Positions 20,044 through 30,724 of a DNA stretch of 64,000 nucleotides are shown piece by piece. Position 1 is the stretch's first letter. Each line of letters begins with the position of its first letter. A program made the translations under genes and the position numbers. The stretch comes from Nitrospirota bacterium (GTDB lineage: Bacteria; Nitrospirota; Thermodesulfovibrionia; Thermodesulfovibrionales; Dissulfurispiraceae), in the NCBI GenBank assembly GCA_963710375.1, contig CAVPZX010000008.1:256001-320000 (forward strand), in the 5' to 3' direction. The notes under the pieces were generated by a model. It was given only the letters and a program-made list of their open reading frames with translations, ran no database searches and was not told where the DNA came from.

Positions 20044-21285
20044 ATGGGCACTCAATACCGGAAGATTGAAGAACCAGATGAGCTTGTCCTTGTAAGGCAG
20101 CTCATCAATGGTACCATGCTTCCCTGTGATATGTTTATAAAAGAGAACGACACTTTCAAGTTGCTCTTTAACAGGGAGGTCCTCTATACGAAAATTTCAG
20201 AGGACATCTTGAAAGAAAAAGGCATATCCGAAGTCTACATTTTTAAGAGAGATGTCCCCAACTTCGACTCTTACATCTCCAGGAACCGTTCGCTAAATCG
20301 GAACAGAGATGTCAACAGCAGTGGGATATTCAAAGAATATGCGTTCCAGAAAGAAAAGCACTATCAGATCGATGCCGCAGTTCTGACGCCTGGCACAAAT
20401 ATACATTTTAGCCTCTTTGTCGTGAATAAACTGAATTTTTCTCCGCTTGTTGAAGCGACCGACCAGCATCCGGCTGTTGTCAACGACAGCGTGTTGAACA
20501 TCGCTGGTGACGTCGTCATAAAGAAATCCGACGTGCCCCTCTACCTTGAATATATCTCTTCCCTGGGGCAATACTCTAAGCAGCTCGAAAACACTGACAC
20601 AAAAATAAAAGCGATTGCCCTGAGAGAGACCTCAAAGGCCGTATTGCAGAATTTCCTTGACGACCCGAAGAGCGGTGAGAAAATAAAAGAGGTAAACACG
20701 CTGGTCAACAGCATGATCGACTTTATCCTGCAGGACAAGGATGCAATATATATGCTTTTGTCCATGAAAGGATACGATTATTATACCTATACCCATTCGG
20801 TCAATGTCGCCGCACTATCCATCAGCATGGGGATTTTAACAGGTATGAAGCAGGATGACATGGAAAAACTCGGCATGGGGGCCATGCTTCATGACATCGG
20901 AAAAAGTCAGATCTCGCACGAAATATTGGGCAAGCAGGGCAAGCTTAGTAATGTCGAATACAATATGATTAAAAGCCATGTCCTCGAAGGCGAGAAAATC
21001 ATGCGCAACCATAAGGACTTTTCAGCAGAGTCTTTATATGCTGTATTACAGCACCACGAAAAGCTGTCCGGCAAGGGATATCCACTAGGCCTTGCCGGGA
21101 AAGAGATAAGCCTTTTCGGCAGAATTTCCGCTATCGCCGACTGCTATGACGCATTGACAACACGGCGGCCCTACAAAGCGGCCTTTACACCGTTTAATGC
21201 CCTTTTGATGATTTCCAAAGATACAGGAGACTACGATGCCGAACTTTTAGCGGTCTTCATAAGAATGTTAGGCAAGATAAAGTAA
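20044..21285 (+). CDS. HD-GYP domain phosphodiesterase
   Basis: YTHSVNV, LHDIGK, HHEKLSGKGYP and IADCYDALTTRRPYK; start uncertain (19993 or 20044). Confidence 0.9.
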   Translation: MGTQYRKIEEPDELVLVRQLINGTMLPCDMFIKENDTFKLLFNREVLYTKISEDILKEKGISEVYIFKRDVPNFDSYISRNRSLNRNRDVNSSGIFKEYAFQKEKHYQIDAAVLTPGTNIHFSLFVVNKLNFSPLVEATDQHPAVVNDSVLNIAGDVVIKKSDVPLYLEYISSLGQYSKQLENTDTKIKAIALRETSKAVLQNFLDDPKSGEKIKEVNTLVNSMIDFILQDKDAIYMLLSMKGYDYYTYTHSVNVAALSISMGILTGMKQDDMEKLGMGAMLHDIGKSQISHEILGKQGKLSNVEYNMIKSHVLEGEKIMRNHKDFSAESLYAVLQHHEKLSGKGYPLGLAGKEISLFGRISAIADCYDALTTRRPYKAAFTPFNALLMISKDTGDYDAELLAVFIRMLGKIK

Positions 21286-22547
21286 TGGATTTATTTGACC
21301 ACGAAGAGAAATCTCCCGAGAAACCCGGCCTGTCCGCTGCAGCTGCACCGCTCGCGTACCGCATGGCTCCTGCTACACTCGATGAATACGCAGGACAGGA
21401 CCATATTATTGGCAAGGGGAAGCTTTTGAGGCGTGCCATTGAAGCCGACAGGATCTCCTCGTTAATCCTTTACGGCCCTCCCGGCACCGGTAAAACAGCA
21501 CTCGCCAGGGTAATCGCAAACCGGACGCAGGCACATTTCGAATGGCTCAACGCGGCGGTTGCCGGTATCGAGGACCTCAGAAAAATTATACAGTCGGCAA
21601 AGGCGCGCAGAGCAAACGGCATACGCACCGTGCTTTTCCTCGACGAAATTCACCGGTTTAACAAACTGCAGCAAGATGTGCTGCTGCCGGATGTTGAGGA
21701 AGGCATTATTACGCTGATTGCTGCAACTGTCGAAAACCCTTTTTTCTATGTCAATTCCGCGCTTATCTCGAGAAGCCAGGTTTTTGAGTTGAAGCCGCTA
21801 AGCACTGAGTCTCTTCTTAAAATTCTTGATGCAGCGCTGCAGGACAGAGAACACGGGTTGGGGAACATGAAAATTCAGGCCGACAGCGACGCGATGCGCC
21901 ATATTGCCAAAATGTCTGACGGAGACGCCAGAAAGGCACTTTCCGCCCTGGAACTCGCCGTGCTCACCACCACGCCCGATGAGGACGGCCTCTTGCACAT
22001 CACGCTTGCCACAGCAGAAGAATCGATTCAGAAAAAGGCGGTTTTATACGATAAAAAGGGTGACCAGCACTATGACACTATTTCGGCGTTCATAAAAAGC
22101 ATGCGCGGCTCCGACCCCGATGCAGCTGTCTATTATCTTGCCAAAATGCTTTATGCCGGAGAAGATCCCCGTTTCGTGGCACGAAGGATTGTCATATGCG
22201 CTTCAGAGGATGTAGGTAATGCAGACCCTATGGCTTTAGTTCTCGCAACTTCGGCGCTGAGAGCAGTTGAATTTGTAGGCATGCCCGAGGCCAGGATACC
22301 CCTTGCCCAGGCAGCCATCTATATTGCTGCCGCTCCGAAAAACAACGCCTGTTACCGTGCGATCGAAGCTGCAATGGCTGATATGGAAAATGAAGAGACT
22401 ATGGAAGTGCCCGACCATTTGAAAAGCAGCAGCTATTCCGGTGCAAAAAAACTGGGCCACGGTGAAGGCTACAAGTATCCACACGACTACGGCGGACACG
22501 TGGAGCAGGAATATCTCAAAAAAAAGCGCAGCTACTATAAACCTTAA
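21285..22547 (+). CDS. rarA: Replication-associated recombination protein A (MgsA/RarA AAA+ ATPase)
   Basis: APLAYRM, GPPGTGKT, DEIHRFNKLQQD, SAFIKSMRGSD and YKYPHD. Confidence 0.95.
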   Translation: MDLFDHEEKSPEKPGLSAAAAPLAYRMAPATLDEYAGQDHIIGKGKLLRRAIEADRISSLILYGPPGTGKTALARVIANRTQAHFEWLNAAVAGIEDLRKIIQSAKARRANGIRTVLFLDEIHRFNKLQQDVLLPDVEEGIITLIAATVENPFFYVNSALISRSQVFELKPLSTESLLKILDAALQDREHGLGNMKIQADSDAMRHIAKMSDGDARKALSALELAVLTTTPDEDGLLHITLATAEESIQKKAVLYDKKGDQHYDTISAFIKSMRGSDPDAAVYYLAKMLYAGEDPRFVARRIVICASEDVGNADPMALVLATSALRAVEFVGMPEARIPLAQAAIYIAAAPKNNACYRAIEAAMADMENEETMEVPDHLKSSSYSGAKKLGHGEGYKYPHDYGGHVEQEYLKKKRSYYKP

Positions 22548-22571
22548 AACAGGAATGTGAGTATATGAGTA

Positions 22572-23555
22572 GTGGATAACAAATTTAACATTTATTTTTA
22601 TTGTTATGACCTGAATATTCCGTCAGGGGGAATCAGAGTATTATATAAACATGCCGATATCCTGAACAGGAACGGCTTTCCAGCTTTTATACTCCACCAA
22701 AAACCTGGCTTTCGCTGCACGTGGTTTGAAAATCGTACGCCCGTTACGAATACTGTCAACACCAAAATCATGCCAAATGATTACCTTGTAATTCCCGAAG
22801 AAATATTTGCGGAAATCATTAAACTGGCAAGAGGTATCAGGAAGATAGTTTTCAATCAAAATTGCTATTATACCTTTTCACATGGATATTCACTGGATAA
22901 AAATGAAAAAATTATAAGTTATCAGGATAAAGAAGTTATTGCAGCTCTTGTGGTTTCCGATGACAGCGAACGGTATCTGTCTTATGCGTTTCCGGAGTTA
23001 AAAGTCATTAAAATTCATAACTCCATTGATCCGCATCTTTTTTTCTATAATAAGGCCAAGAAGCCTCTTATTTCCTTTATGCCCAGAAAACATTTGGAAG
23101 ACTCATTGCAGGTGATAAATATTTTAAAATCCAGGGTTGCATTCGGCGATTTTGAAATCATGCCTATTGCCGATAAAACCGAAACCGAAGTTGCGCAGAT
23201 ACTAAGAGAATCCCTTATTTTTCTGAGTTTCGGATATCCGGAGGGGTTTTCTCTGCCGCCTGCTGAAGCAATGGCTTGTGGATGCATCGTTATCGGATAT
23301 CACGGCATGGGGGGCCTCGAATTTTTCAGGCCGGAGTTTTCCTACCCCGTCACTAACGGGGATATCATCACCTTTGCACAGACAATCGAAAAGGTCATAG
23401 ACCTGTATAAGCGTGATAAAAGCATTCTGGACGAAAAGGGGGAGTCGGCTTCTCAGTACATATTAAATAATTATTCCCCTGAACAACAGGAAACAGATAT
23501 CATACAATTCTGGAAGCATATTACAGAAAACCATAATATTGCCGGAAATCCCTAA
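22572..23555 (+). CDS. Glycosyltransferase, GT4-like
   Basis: PSGGIRVLY and EGFSLPPAEAMACGC (EX7E motif). Confidence 0.85.
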   Translation: MDNKFNIYFYCYDLNIPSGGIRVLYKHADILNRNGFPAFILHQKPGFRCTWFENRTPVTNTVNTKIMPNDYLVIPEEIFAEIIKLARGIRKIVFNQNCYYTFSHGYSLDKNEKIISYQDKEVIAALVVSDDSERYLSYAFPELKVIKIHNSIDPHLFFYNKAKKPLISFMPRKHLEDSLQVINILKSRVAFGDFEIMPIADKTETEVAQILRESLIFLSFGYPEGFSLPPAEAMACGCIVIGYHGMGGLEFFRPEFSYPVTNGDIITFAQTIEKVIDLYKRDKSILDEKGESASQYILNNYSPEQQETDIIQFWKHITENHNIAGNP

Positions 23556-24445
23556 TGAAAAAATACAGTACAAACCCCGAAGGTGTCGGGTCGCCTGCCA
23601 TGAAAAAATTCACGCAGTTACTGTTTTCCGTTTTAGTGTTTTTATTTATTTTTGGTCCGGTGCAAAGCTACGGTGTTGAGAGAGTTGTCAGGATAAGTGA
23701 CGGGAAAGTTATCACCTTTATGCAGATGATTCAGGAAATCAGGGACTCGAATATTATCTTTGTCGGCGAAGCACACAATAATACTGAACACCACGCTGCG
23801 CAGCTGCAGGTCATCAAATCACTTGAGGCATTGCCGGTTACTATCGCAGTCGGGCTTGAGATGTTCAAGGCCGATAGCCAGAACGTGTTGAACCATTGGC
23901 TGGCAGGCAGATTGGGAGATGAGGCTTTCATCGAAACCTACCTGGATAACTGGGGCTACCCATGGCAGTACTACAGGGATATCTTCCTTTATGCAAAACA
24001 ACGCCGGATTTCGATGATAGGGCTGAATGTTTCCCCTGAAATTACTCAAAAGGTTTCACAGAACGGTTTCTCTTCGCTCACACCCGGCGAGCTCAAACAA
24101 CTGCCGCCTCAAATAGGCTGTGATATTGATGAAAGGTATATGGATTACATTAAGAAGGCTTACGAATTCCATGGAATGCAAAGCAAATCCTTTATACATT
24201 TCTGCGAGGCGCAAATGATATGGGACAAAGTCATGGCATGGAACCTCGCAAAATACCTGACTCACAATCCCGGCACAACCGTGGTGGTACTCGCTGGAAC
24301 AGGTCACGCATGGAAAAGGGGCATTCCGGAGCAACTGAGAAGGCAGTATGAGTTCCGTTATAAAGTAGTGCTGCCTGAAATACCTGACCGCATAAACACA
24401 AGCACCATAACAACCGAAGACGCGGATTATATTTTATTGCAATGA
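23555..24445 (+). CDS. ChaN-family exported protein
   Basis: Signal-like N-terminus, VGEAHNN, GLEMF, AQMIWD and LAGTGH; the real start may be the ATG at 23600. Confidence 0.85.
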   Translation: MKKYSTNPEGVGSPAMKKFTQLLFSVLVFLFIFGPVQSYGVERVVRISDGKVITFMQMIQEIRDSNIIFVGEAHNNTEHHAAQLQVIKSLEALPVTIAVGLEMFKADSQNVLNHWLAGRLGDEAFIETYLDNWGYPWQYYRDIFLYAKQRRISMIGLNVSPEITQKVSQNGFSSLTPGELKQLPPQIGCDIDERYMDYIKKAYEFHGMQSKSFIHFCEAQMIWDKVMAWNLAKYLTHNPGTTVVVLAGTGHAWKRGIPEQLRRQYEFRYKVVLPEIPDRINTSTITTEDADYILLQ

Positions 24446-24550
24446 AAACAAAACAACTTCTCCTGTCTTCCGCCGATCCATTGCATTTTCGCCGCTTTTT
24501 CTGTTTTAATTTTTAGGTACATAGAAAATACAGTATGGGAAAGGAGTTAC

Positions 24551-25312
24551 ATGATAAAACTGGTTCTACTCAGACACGGCGAAAGCATATGGAATGAAGA
24601 AAACAGGTTTACCGGCTGGACAGATGTTGACCTGTCCCCTAAGGGAACTGAAGAAGCTAAGAAAGCAGGTCTCGTTCTGTTAAACTCAGGGTTTGAGTTC
24701 GATACCGCCTTTACATCGGTACTCAAAAGGGCAATAAGGACCTTGTGGATTGTCCTGGACAAGATGGACCTGATGTGGATTCCTGTATACCATTCATGGC
24801 GTTTAAATGAGCGGCATTACGGAGCTTTACAGGGATTGAACAAAGCTGAGACGGCAGGCTGCTATGGAGAAGAACAGGTGCGCATATGGCGGCGGAGCTT
24901 TGACATCCCACCGCCGGCTCTTGACAGCAATGATCCCCGTTACCCAAGAAATGACCCACGTTATAAAGAACTCAGCACCACAGACCTGCCGTTGACGGAA
25001 AGTCTAAAAGATACCATAGCGCGGTTTCTGCCCCACTGGCATGAAACTATCGCTCCAGCTATACGTGCAGGCAAGAAGGTAATAATCGCCGCTCACGGCA
25101 ATTCCCTCAGGGCCCTTGTAAAATATCTCGACGCCATCCCCGACGACGAAATTGTGGCACTTAATATTCCTACCGGCATCCCCCTGGTATATGAGCTTGA
25201 CGAAAACCTGAAGCCGCTCAGGCACTATTACCTCGGCGATGCCGCAGAAATTGAAAAAGCAGTCCAAAAGGTGGCCGCCCAGGGCAAGGCGGTCGATGCT
25301 CCAGGTCAGTAA
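24551..25312 (+). CDS. gpmA: 2,3-bisphosphoglycerate-dependent phosphoglycerate mutase
   Basis: [24 protein letters not shown] and AAHGNSLR. Confidence 0.97.
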   Translation: MIKLVLLRHGESIWNEENRFTGWTDVDLSPKGTEEAKKAGLVLLNSGFEFDTAFTSVLKRAIRTLWIVLDKMDLMWIPVYHSWRLNERHYGALQGLNKAETAGCYGEEQVRIWRRSFDIPPPALDSNDPRYPRNDPRYKELSTTDLPLTESLKDTIARFLPHWHETIAPAIRAGKKVIIAAHGNSLRALVKYLDAIPDDEIVALNIPTGIPLVYELDENLKPLRHYYLGDAAEIEKAVQKVAAQGKAVDAPGQ

Positions 25313-27164
25313 CCTATCAAAAGCATATGGTCAACAGGTGATCTTTGATGCGGTCAGCTTCACGGTCAATCCCGGAGAGCGCGTAGGGCTGGTTGGCAGA
25401 AACGGGCACGGCAAAACCACCCTCTTCCGCATGATTCTCGGTGAGGAGAAGCCCGATGATGGAGTAATCAGCGTGCCCGCAGGTTATACCGTGGGCCACC
25501 TTTCACAGCATATCCGCTTCACCCGGCCGACAGTACTGGAAGAAGGAAGCGTCGGTCTCCCGGAATCAGAGGACGGCAGGGACGAATCCTACAAAGTAAA
25601 AACCGTTCTGACCGGACTCGGCGTATCGCCCGGTGCTTTCGACCGGGACCCCTACGAACTCTCGGGCGGATACCAGATTCGCCTGAACCTCGCAAAGGTG
25701 CTGGTGGAGTCGCCCGACCTCCTCCTCCTCGATGAACCTACAAATTATCTCGACATCGTATCTATACGCTGGCTTACACAATTTTTACGCACCTGGAAAA
25801 ACGAACTGATTTTAATTACCCACGACAGGGACTTTATGGACAGCGTAACAACCCATACTATGGGTATTCACCGCTGCAAGATCCGAAAAACAGCAGGCCC
25901 TACCCAAAAGCTTTACGACCAACTGCTGCAGGAAGAAGAGGTCTACGAGCAGACAAGAATCAACGAGGGTAAAAAACGTAAAGAGGTGGAACAATTCATC
26001 AACCGTTTCAGGGCACAGGCTACACGTGCCAGGGCCGTGCAATCAAAGATTAAAGCACTTCAAAAAAAAGAGACGCTGGAGAAAATCGCCGCAATAAAAA
26101 ACCTTGATTTCGAATTCAGTGCCGCGCCATTTACAGGAAAATTTCTCGTTGAGGCAAGCAACATTTCATTTGCATTTGCCGCTGAAGAACCCCTCTTAAA
26201 CGGCTTCAGCATAGCTGTCGGGAAAAATGACGTCATTGCCGTCATAGGAAAAAACGGCAAGGGGAAAACAACGCTCCTGAACCTGCTGGCCGGAGAATTA
26301 CATCCTTCGAAAGGGACAGTTATCCGCCATCCGAAATTAAAACTTGCCTACTTCGGACAGACCAATATAAACCGCCTCAACACCGACAAGACCGTTGAGG
26401 ATGAAATCCTGGATGCCCTGCCCGAATACAACAGAAAATTTGCGCGCACAATCTGCGGCATTATGATGTTTGATGGAGATAAGGCGCTGAAAAAAATAGA
26501 GGTCCTTTCCGGTGGAGAGAAAAGCCGCGTGCTGCTGGGGAAGCTCCTTGTAAGCCCCGCCAACCTGCTCCTGCTGGATGAGCCGACCAACCATCTGGAC
26601 ATGGAATCGATCGATTCTCTTCTGGAGGCGCTGACAGCCTTTATGGGAGCGGTTATAATAGTTACCCACAGCGAAATGATCCTCCATGCGCTTGCTACAA
26701 GACTTGTAGTATTCGATGATGACCGGGTGAGCGTATTCGACGGCACTTATCAGGATTTCCTCGACAGGGTTGGGTGGGCAGATGAAACATCAGATGCTGG
26801 AAGCTCCGTTCCATCTAACGGCTCCCGTTGCGCTAACCTAAGCAAAAAAGATATGCGAAGATTCAGGGCCGATCTAATCAGCGAAAGGGGAAGAGTGCTG
26901 GGAGCGCTCAAAAACAGAATTGCCGAAATCGAAGGGAACATAATAGGATTGGAGCAGAAAGTGAATAACGACACAGAGGTACTGCTGGATGTTTCGGTAA
27001 AAGGGGACGGTGCGGCAATAAAAAGCCTGTTAAAGTCACTGCATGCAGCAAAAGGACAGATCGATGCCCTTTTTGACGAGATGGCAGTTCTCACCGCCGA
27101 ACTCGAAAGCAAAACAAAAGAATTAGACCAAAAAATAAATCAGGCAATAGGCCAGGGGCTATAG
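25296..27164 (+). CDS. ABC-F family ATPase
   Basis: Two ABC cassettes ([28 protein letters not shown] twice), coiled-coil tail, no transmembrane segments. Confidence 0.93.
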   Translation: MLQVSNLSKAYGQQVIFDAVSFTVNPGERVGLVGRNGHGKTTLFRMILGEEKPDDGVISVPAGYTVGHLSQHIRFTRPTVLEEGSVGLPESEDGRDESYKVKTVLTGLGVSPGAFDRDPYELSGGYQIRLNLAKVLVESPDLLLLDEPTNYLDIVSIRWLTQFLRTWKNELILITHDRDFMDSVTTHTMGIHRCKIRKTAGPTQKLYDQLLQEEEVYEQTRINEGKKRKEVEQFINRFRAQATRARAVQSKIKALQKKETLEKIAAIKNLDFEFSAAPFTGKFLVEASNISFAFAAEEPLLNGFSIAVGKNDVIAVIGKNGKGKTTLLNLLAGELHPSKGTVIRHPKLKLAYFGQTNINRLNTDKTVEDEILDALPEYNRKFARTICGIMMFDGDKALKKIEVLSGGEKSRVLLGKLLVSPANLLLLDEPTNHLDMESIDSLLEALTAFMGAVIIVTHSEMILHALATRLVVFDDDRVSVFDGTYQDFLDRVGWADETSDAGSSVPSNGSRCANLSKKDMRRFRADLISERGRVLGALKNRIAEIEGNIIGLEQKVNNDTEVLLDVSVKGDGAAIKSLLKSLHAAKGQIDALFDEMAVLTAELESKTKELDQKINQAIGQGL

Positions 27165-27165
27165 G

Positions 27166-28698
27166 CTACAACCTATAACCTGTCTTTTTCAGGAGTTCTC
27201 CCAGGCTGCCAAGAGCGCCGGTAGACTTTCCTTCAGCCTTGATGGAATCCTTGTAACGCTTGAAGTCTTCCCGCTCCTCCATCTCCTTGAGCGCCTTGCG
27301 GCTAAGGAGCACTTTGCCGCGCCGGGTGTCCACTTCACGCACGGCAACCTGCATGGCCGAACCAGAGGGAAACATGCGGCTATGATCTGAACCATTCGGC
27401 GTGTCCATCTCAGAATTTGGGACGAGTCCGGTCAGCTCATCGCCTATTTTAACAAAAACTCCGAAAGGCATTACCTTATCCACTACCCCATCGATAATGT
27501 CACCTTCGGAAGGCAGGACAATCTTTTTCACTTCACGCTTTGGCTGCATCGAAAGGGAAAGCTTCCTGTTCGGCGGATCAACAGCGAGTACATATGCTTC
27601 AACCTGCTGGCCCACCGCAACAACTTCTTTCGGATGCTGTATACGCCGGCCGGCCCCAAGATTCGATATGTGCACTAACCCGTCTATTCCATGTTCCAGC
27701 GTGACAAAAGCACCAAAAGGCGCCACTCTGACAATGGTACCGGTTACTTTTTCGCCCACAGGATACTTCTCCGCCACAATGCACCATGGATCAGGCTGTA
27801 TCGCTTTCATGCTGACCGTCAGACGCTCTTTGTCCCAGTCGAGAGATAAAACCCTGACCCTAACTTCCTGTCCGATGGACAGTACCTCATCAGGCTTCTC
27901 TATTCGTCCCCAGGATATTTCGCTGAAGGGGATCAGACCGTCAACGCCGCCGAGGTCAACAAAAGCACCGAAACTCTGGAGAGATACTACTTTCGCGGTG
28001 ATGTCCATCCCGATTGAAATAGTCTCCTTAAGAAGGTCGATACGGGCACGTCGCTCCTGCTCAAGCGCGGCCCGCCTCGAGATCACTACGGTGCGCCCGC
28101 CTTCCTTATAATCCAGGACCTTGAACGAGAAGGTCTTGCCAATATATTCGGCGCCCGTTCTTCCACCTCTAATGTCAATATGAGACCAGGGACAGAAGCA
28201 TACTACGCCGCCTATAGAAACCTCGAACCCTCCCTTTATCTCACGTTTGACCTCTCCGTTTATTGCAATTCCCGCGCTGAAGGCATCGCGGACTGCGTTA
28301 AGCCGCAATGAAGAATAACCATTTAAAAGCGTGGTAAGATTTCTGATCCCGTCCTGCACAGACAGGAAAAAAGCATCGACAACATCTCCCTCTCTCACCC
28401 CGCATATTCCGTTTTCGTCGATAAATTCGCTTAGCGTTATCATGCCCTCGCTCTTTCCGCCAAGGTCGATATAAACAGCATCGCCGGAAATACTGATCAC
28501 TCTGGCCCTGACCTTCTGGCCGGGCGTGAGTCTTACAGAAACAGCGCCGTTCTTCTCAAGCAGGGCGGCAAAACTCTCTTCTTCAGGAGCACCCACGGTA
28601 TCTAAAAAGTCTGTGGCTTCTCGTGGAAAGCCGACTGGGGGAATCGTTTCCTGCCCTGCAATATTCAGAGCAGCATCTTTTACAGAATCATCAGACAT
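27166..28698 (-). CDS. Multi-S1-domain RNA-binding protein (ribosomal protein S1 or paralog)
   Basis: About five S1 repeats (FGAFVDLGGVDGLIP, FGAFVTLEHGIDGLVHIS, FGVFVKIG) and C-terminal SLGELL. Confidence 0.9.
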   Translation of the reverse strand: MSDDSVKDAALNIAGQETIPPVGFPREATDFLDTVGAPEEESFAALLEKNGAVSVRLTPGQKVRARVISISGDAVYIDLGGKSEGMITLSEFIDENGICGVREGDVVDAFFLSVQDGIRNLTTLLNGYSSLRLNAVRDAFSAGIAINGEVKREIKGGFEVSIGGVVCFCPWSHIDIRGGRTGAEYIGKTFSFKVLDYKEGGRTVVISRRAALEQERRARIDLLKETISIGMDITAKVVSLQSFGAFVDLGGVDGLIPFSEISWGRIEKPDEVLSIGQEVRVRVLSLDWDKERLTVSMKAIQPDPWCIVAEKYPVGEKVTGTIVRVAPFGAFVTLEHGIDGLVHISNLGAGRRIQHPKEVVAVGQQVEAYVLAVDPPNRKLSLSMQPKREVKKIVLPSEGDIIDGVVDKVMPFGVFVKIGDELTGLVPNSEMDTPNGSDHSRMFPSGSAMQVAVREVDTRRGKVLLSRKALKEMEEREDFKRYKDSIKAEGKSTGALGSLGELLKKTGYRL

Positions 28699-28721
28699 AT
28701 TGTGTACCTCTCACTTTATCT

Positions 28722-28772
28722 CCCGCAGCAAGCTTCGGGGTATTCTAAAATCTTCCCTCCCATGACGGGAGG
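28722..28772. repeat. Two adjacent short GC-rich REP-like palindromes
   Basis: CCCGCAGC-AA-GCTTCGGG (28722-28739, one mismatch) and CCTCCC-ATGAC-GGGAGG (28756-28772). Confidence 0.5.
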
Positions 28773-28936
28773 AGATGCAGGAAAAAGCATATCAATGTAA
28801 TACGCTTAATTAGATCAACCGTTAGTCTAAAGGATTTGAGCAATTTGAGTCAATTTATGTTACAGAGGGGTAGCGGGTCAGTTTGTGCTTTACCTTCCAG
28901 AACCGGCATAGTATAATTTAGAAAAGGGTGGAAAAA

Positions 28937-29089
28937 ATGGAGCAGGCTAAGAAAAATCCTTGTCCGGATTGTACGTTTTGTCAGTGTTGCAGTGAAACTC
29001 GTTGCAGCATGTGCAGGCCTTCTGTAAACAAAAAACCGAAAAAGGAAAATAAATTAAAGGCACACAAACCGCTTTTCAGGCCATACTAA
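28937..29089 (+). CDS. Small Cys-rich protein (50 aa, 7 Cys), candidate metal-binding or metallothionein-like
   Basis: MEQAKKNPCPDCTFCQCCSETRCSMCRPSVNKKPKKENKLKAHKPLFRPY; RBS-like AGGGTGG; TATAAT at 28912-28917; below the ORF-track length cutoff. Confidence 0.7.
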   Translation: MEQAKKNPCPDCTFCQCCSETRCSMCRPSVNKKPKKENKLKAHKPLFRPY

Positions 29090-29112
29090 TTCAAAATTCA
29101 ACATTGCTTTTC

Positions 29113-29781
29113 TCAGCCGCCTCTCATCATAAGCAATCTCGCCTTCCATGCCCACTTCCTTTCTATTTTGCGCTTATAACGCGGCGCCTCTTTGAATACG
29201 GCTACCGCTTTCTTAAGGTACTCCCTTCCCTCGTCTGCCTTCGCGGTCTTCATTTTGACTAGACCCATCTGATAGAGCCCTTCAGTGCTCGAAATACGCA
29301 CCTTCAGGAACCGCTCAAGAAACGGCTCCGCTCTGTCATATGCACCCGTATCAATATACACTTCTGCCATTGCCAGATAAGGATCGCCATATTTCAACCC
29401 GGGAGCGGCAAGAAGGGCATTATCCACAAGCTCTCGTCCCTTGTCAACAGCGCCGGTTCTGGCTAGCGCGATGCCGTAATAATAATTGAATTCCGGCTCG
29501 TCGGACATTTTTGATGAGGCCAAAGTGAAATACTCGAGTGCTTTCTGATAATTTTTCCTTTCGACCATAAAAATGCCGAGTTCTTTCATTGACCGGGCAT
29601 CATGAGGATTAATTGCAATAATCCTCTGAAGTTCCCTGATTCTGCCGGCAGACCTGAATGCCCGAAAAGGGTCCGGAACAAAGCCATAATATCTCCTGTC
29701 TATCGCCAGGTAAACAACGAGCAGAATAACCACTGCTATGATCGGATTTCCCGTGAGCCATGAGAGAAAGAAAAACAGCAT
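29113..29781 (-). CDS. Membrane-anchored TPR protein
   Basis: Hydrophobic N-terminus followed by TPR-like helices (INPHDARSMKELG, YYYGIALA, GLYQMG). Confidence 0.85.
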   Translation of the reverse strand: MLFFFLSWLTGNPIIAVVILLVVYLAIDRRYYGFVPDPFRAFRSAGRIRELQRIIAINPHDARSMKELGIFMVERKNYQKALEYFTLASSKMSDEPEFNYYYGIALARTGAVDKGRELVDNALLAAPGLKYGDPYLAMAEVYIDTGAYDRAEPFLERFLKVRISSTEGLYQMGLVKMKTAKADEGREYLKKAVAVFKEAPRYKRKIERKWAWKARLLMMRGG

Positions 29782-29807
29782 CAGCTTGCCCACTAAAACC
29801 TCCAAGA

Positions 29808-29934
29808 AAAAACGAGTGAAAAGTGAATGGTGAAAGGTGAAAAAAAACTAATACAGATTGCTTCTATTGTTAAGTTTGCTTTTAGTCTTTGCTGTTAACT
29901 TTTCACTTTTCACCTTTCACTTTTTACTTGTCTT
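29808..29934. repeat. Dispersed ~127-bp inverted-heptamer hairpin element, copy 1
   Basis: AAAGTGA-type heptamers at left and TTTCACT-type at right; its reverse complement aligns along its length with 42394-42520. Confidence 0.8.
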
Positions 29935-30538
29935 ATGTATAGGCGGACTTGTCACCAATATCATAGTGCAAGGGCATAAACACCTTTCTTAAAGTGAAAA
30001 CAACGAGCATGGCTGCTATCAAAATAAGACCATAGGAGACCCCTTTAGCTGTCAAGCCCCGCCCAGCCAGCACGACAAGATACACGGGCATCGTCAGGGC
30101 AAGGAGATACCCTTCGATCAGCCTGAAACAGAAAGCCTCTTTTACAGTAATAAAACCAAGGCAGCCTGACAGGGGAAGAAGCAGAATCGGCCCGTAAGTC
30201 TTGCTGACAAGGACTCCCAGTACATCTCCCCTGCCGATGATAAACAAAAGGATTAACGAGATAACCGCAATATAATAAAGTTTCTTAAGAGCCCGGTGAA
30301 ACTTGCCGACATAAAGATGTATAAAAAACACACTAATGCCAACCGCTACATACAATTTTATCAGGAGCACATTGGTCAAGAACGCATATGATATATACTC
30401 CTGATAACGAGAGGCATTTGATGAAAAAAAAGCACCGGCGAGGATAAACAATGTTGACAGCACAATGCCCGCCCGGTATAAAATTACAGAAATTTTGTCC
30501 CCCGGCGTCAGCGGCTGAAAGTATCCCTGTTCACCCAT
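29933..30538 (-). CDS. DUF2301-like integral membrane protein
   Basis: Several TM segments, IHLY, KEAFCF and C-terminal HYDIGDKS. Confidence 0.8.
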   Translation of the reverse strand: MGEQGYFQPLTPGDKISVILYRAGIVLSTLFILAGAFFSSNASRYQEYISYAFLTNVLLIKLYVAVGISVFFIHLYVGKFHRALKKLYYIAVISLILLFIIGRGDVLGVLVSKTYGPILLLPLSGCLGFITVKEAFCFRLIEGYLLALTMPVYLVVLAGRGLTAKGVSYGLILIAAMLVVFTLRKVFMPLHYDIGDKSAYT

Positions 30539-30724
30539 ATTTCATATCATAGCAAATCCTCATTTTTTTGAGGAGAAAAAAGACGCAGTGAGAAGCTTTT
30601 AAGGCTGGTGTATCAAAAGGGTTCTCACAGTGGGCTTAACAATATGTGCTGCTGTCTTGGTTGCGTTATTTTCTTTCTCAATGATATTCTTTACTAAAAA
30701 TTGCGTCAGAGCGGGTGATCTTGT

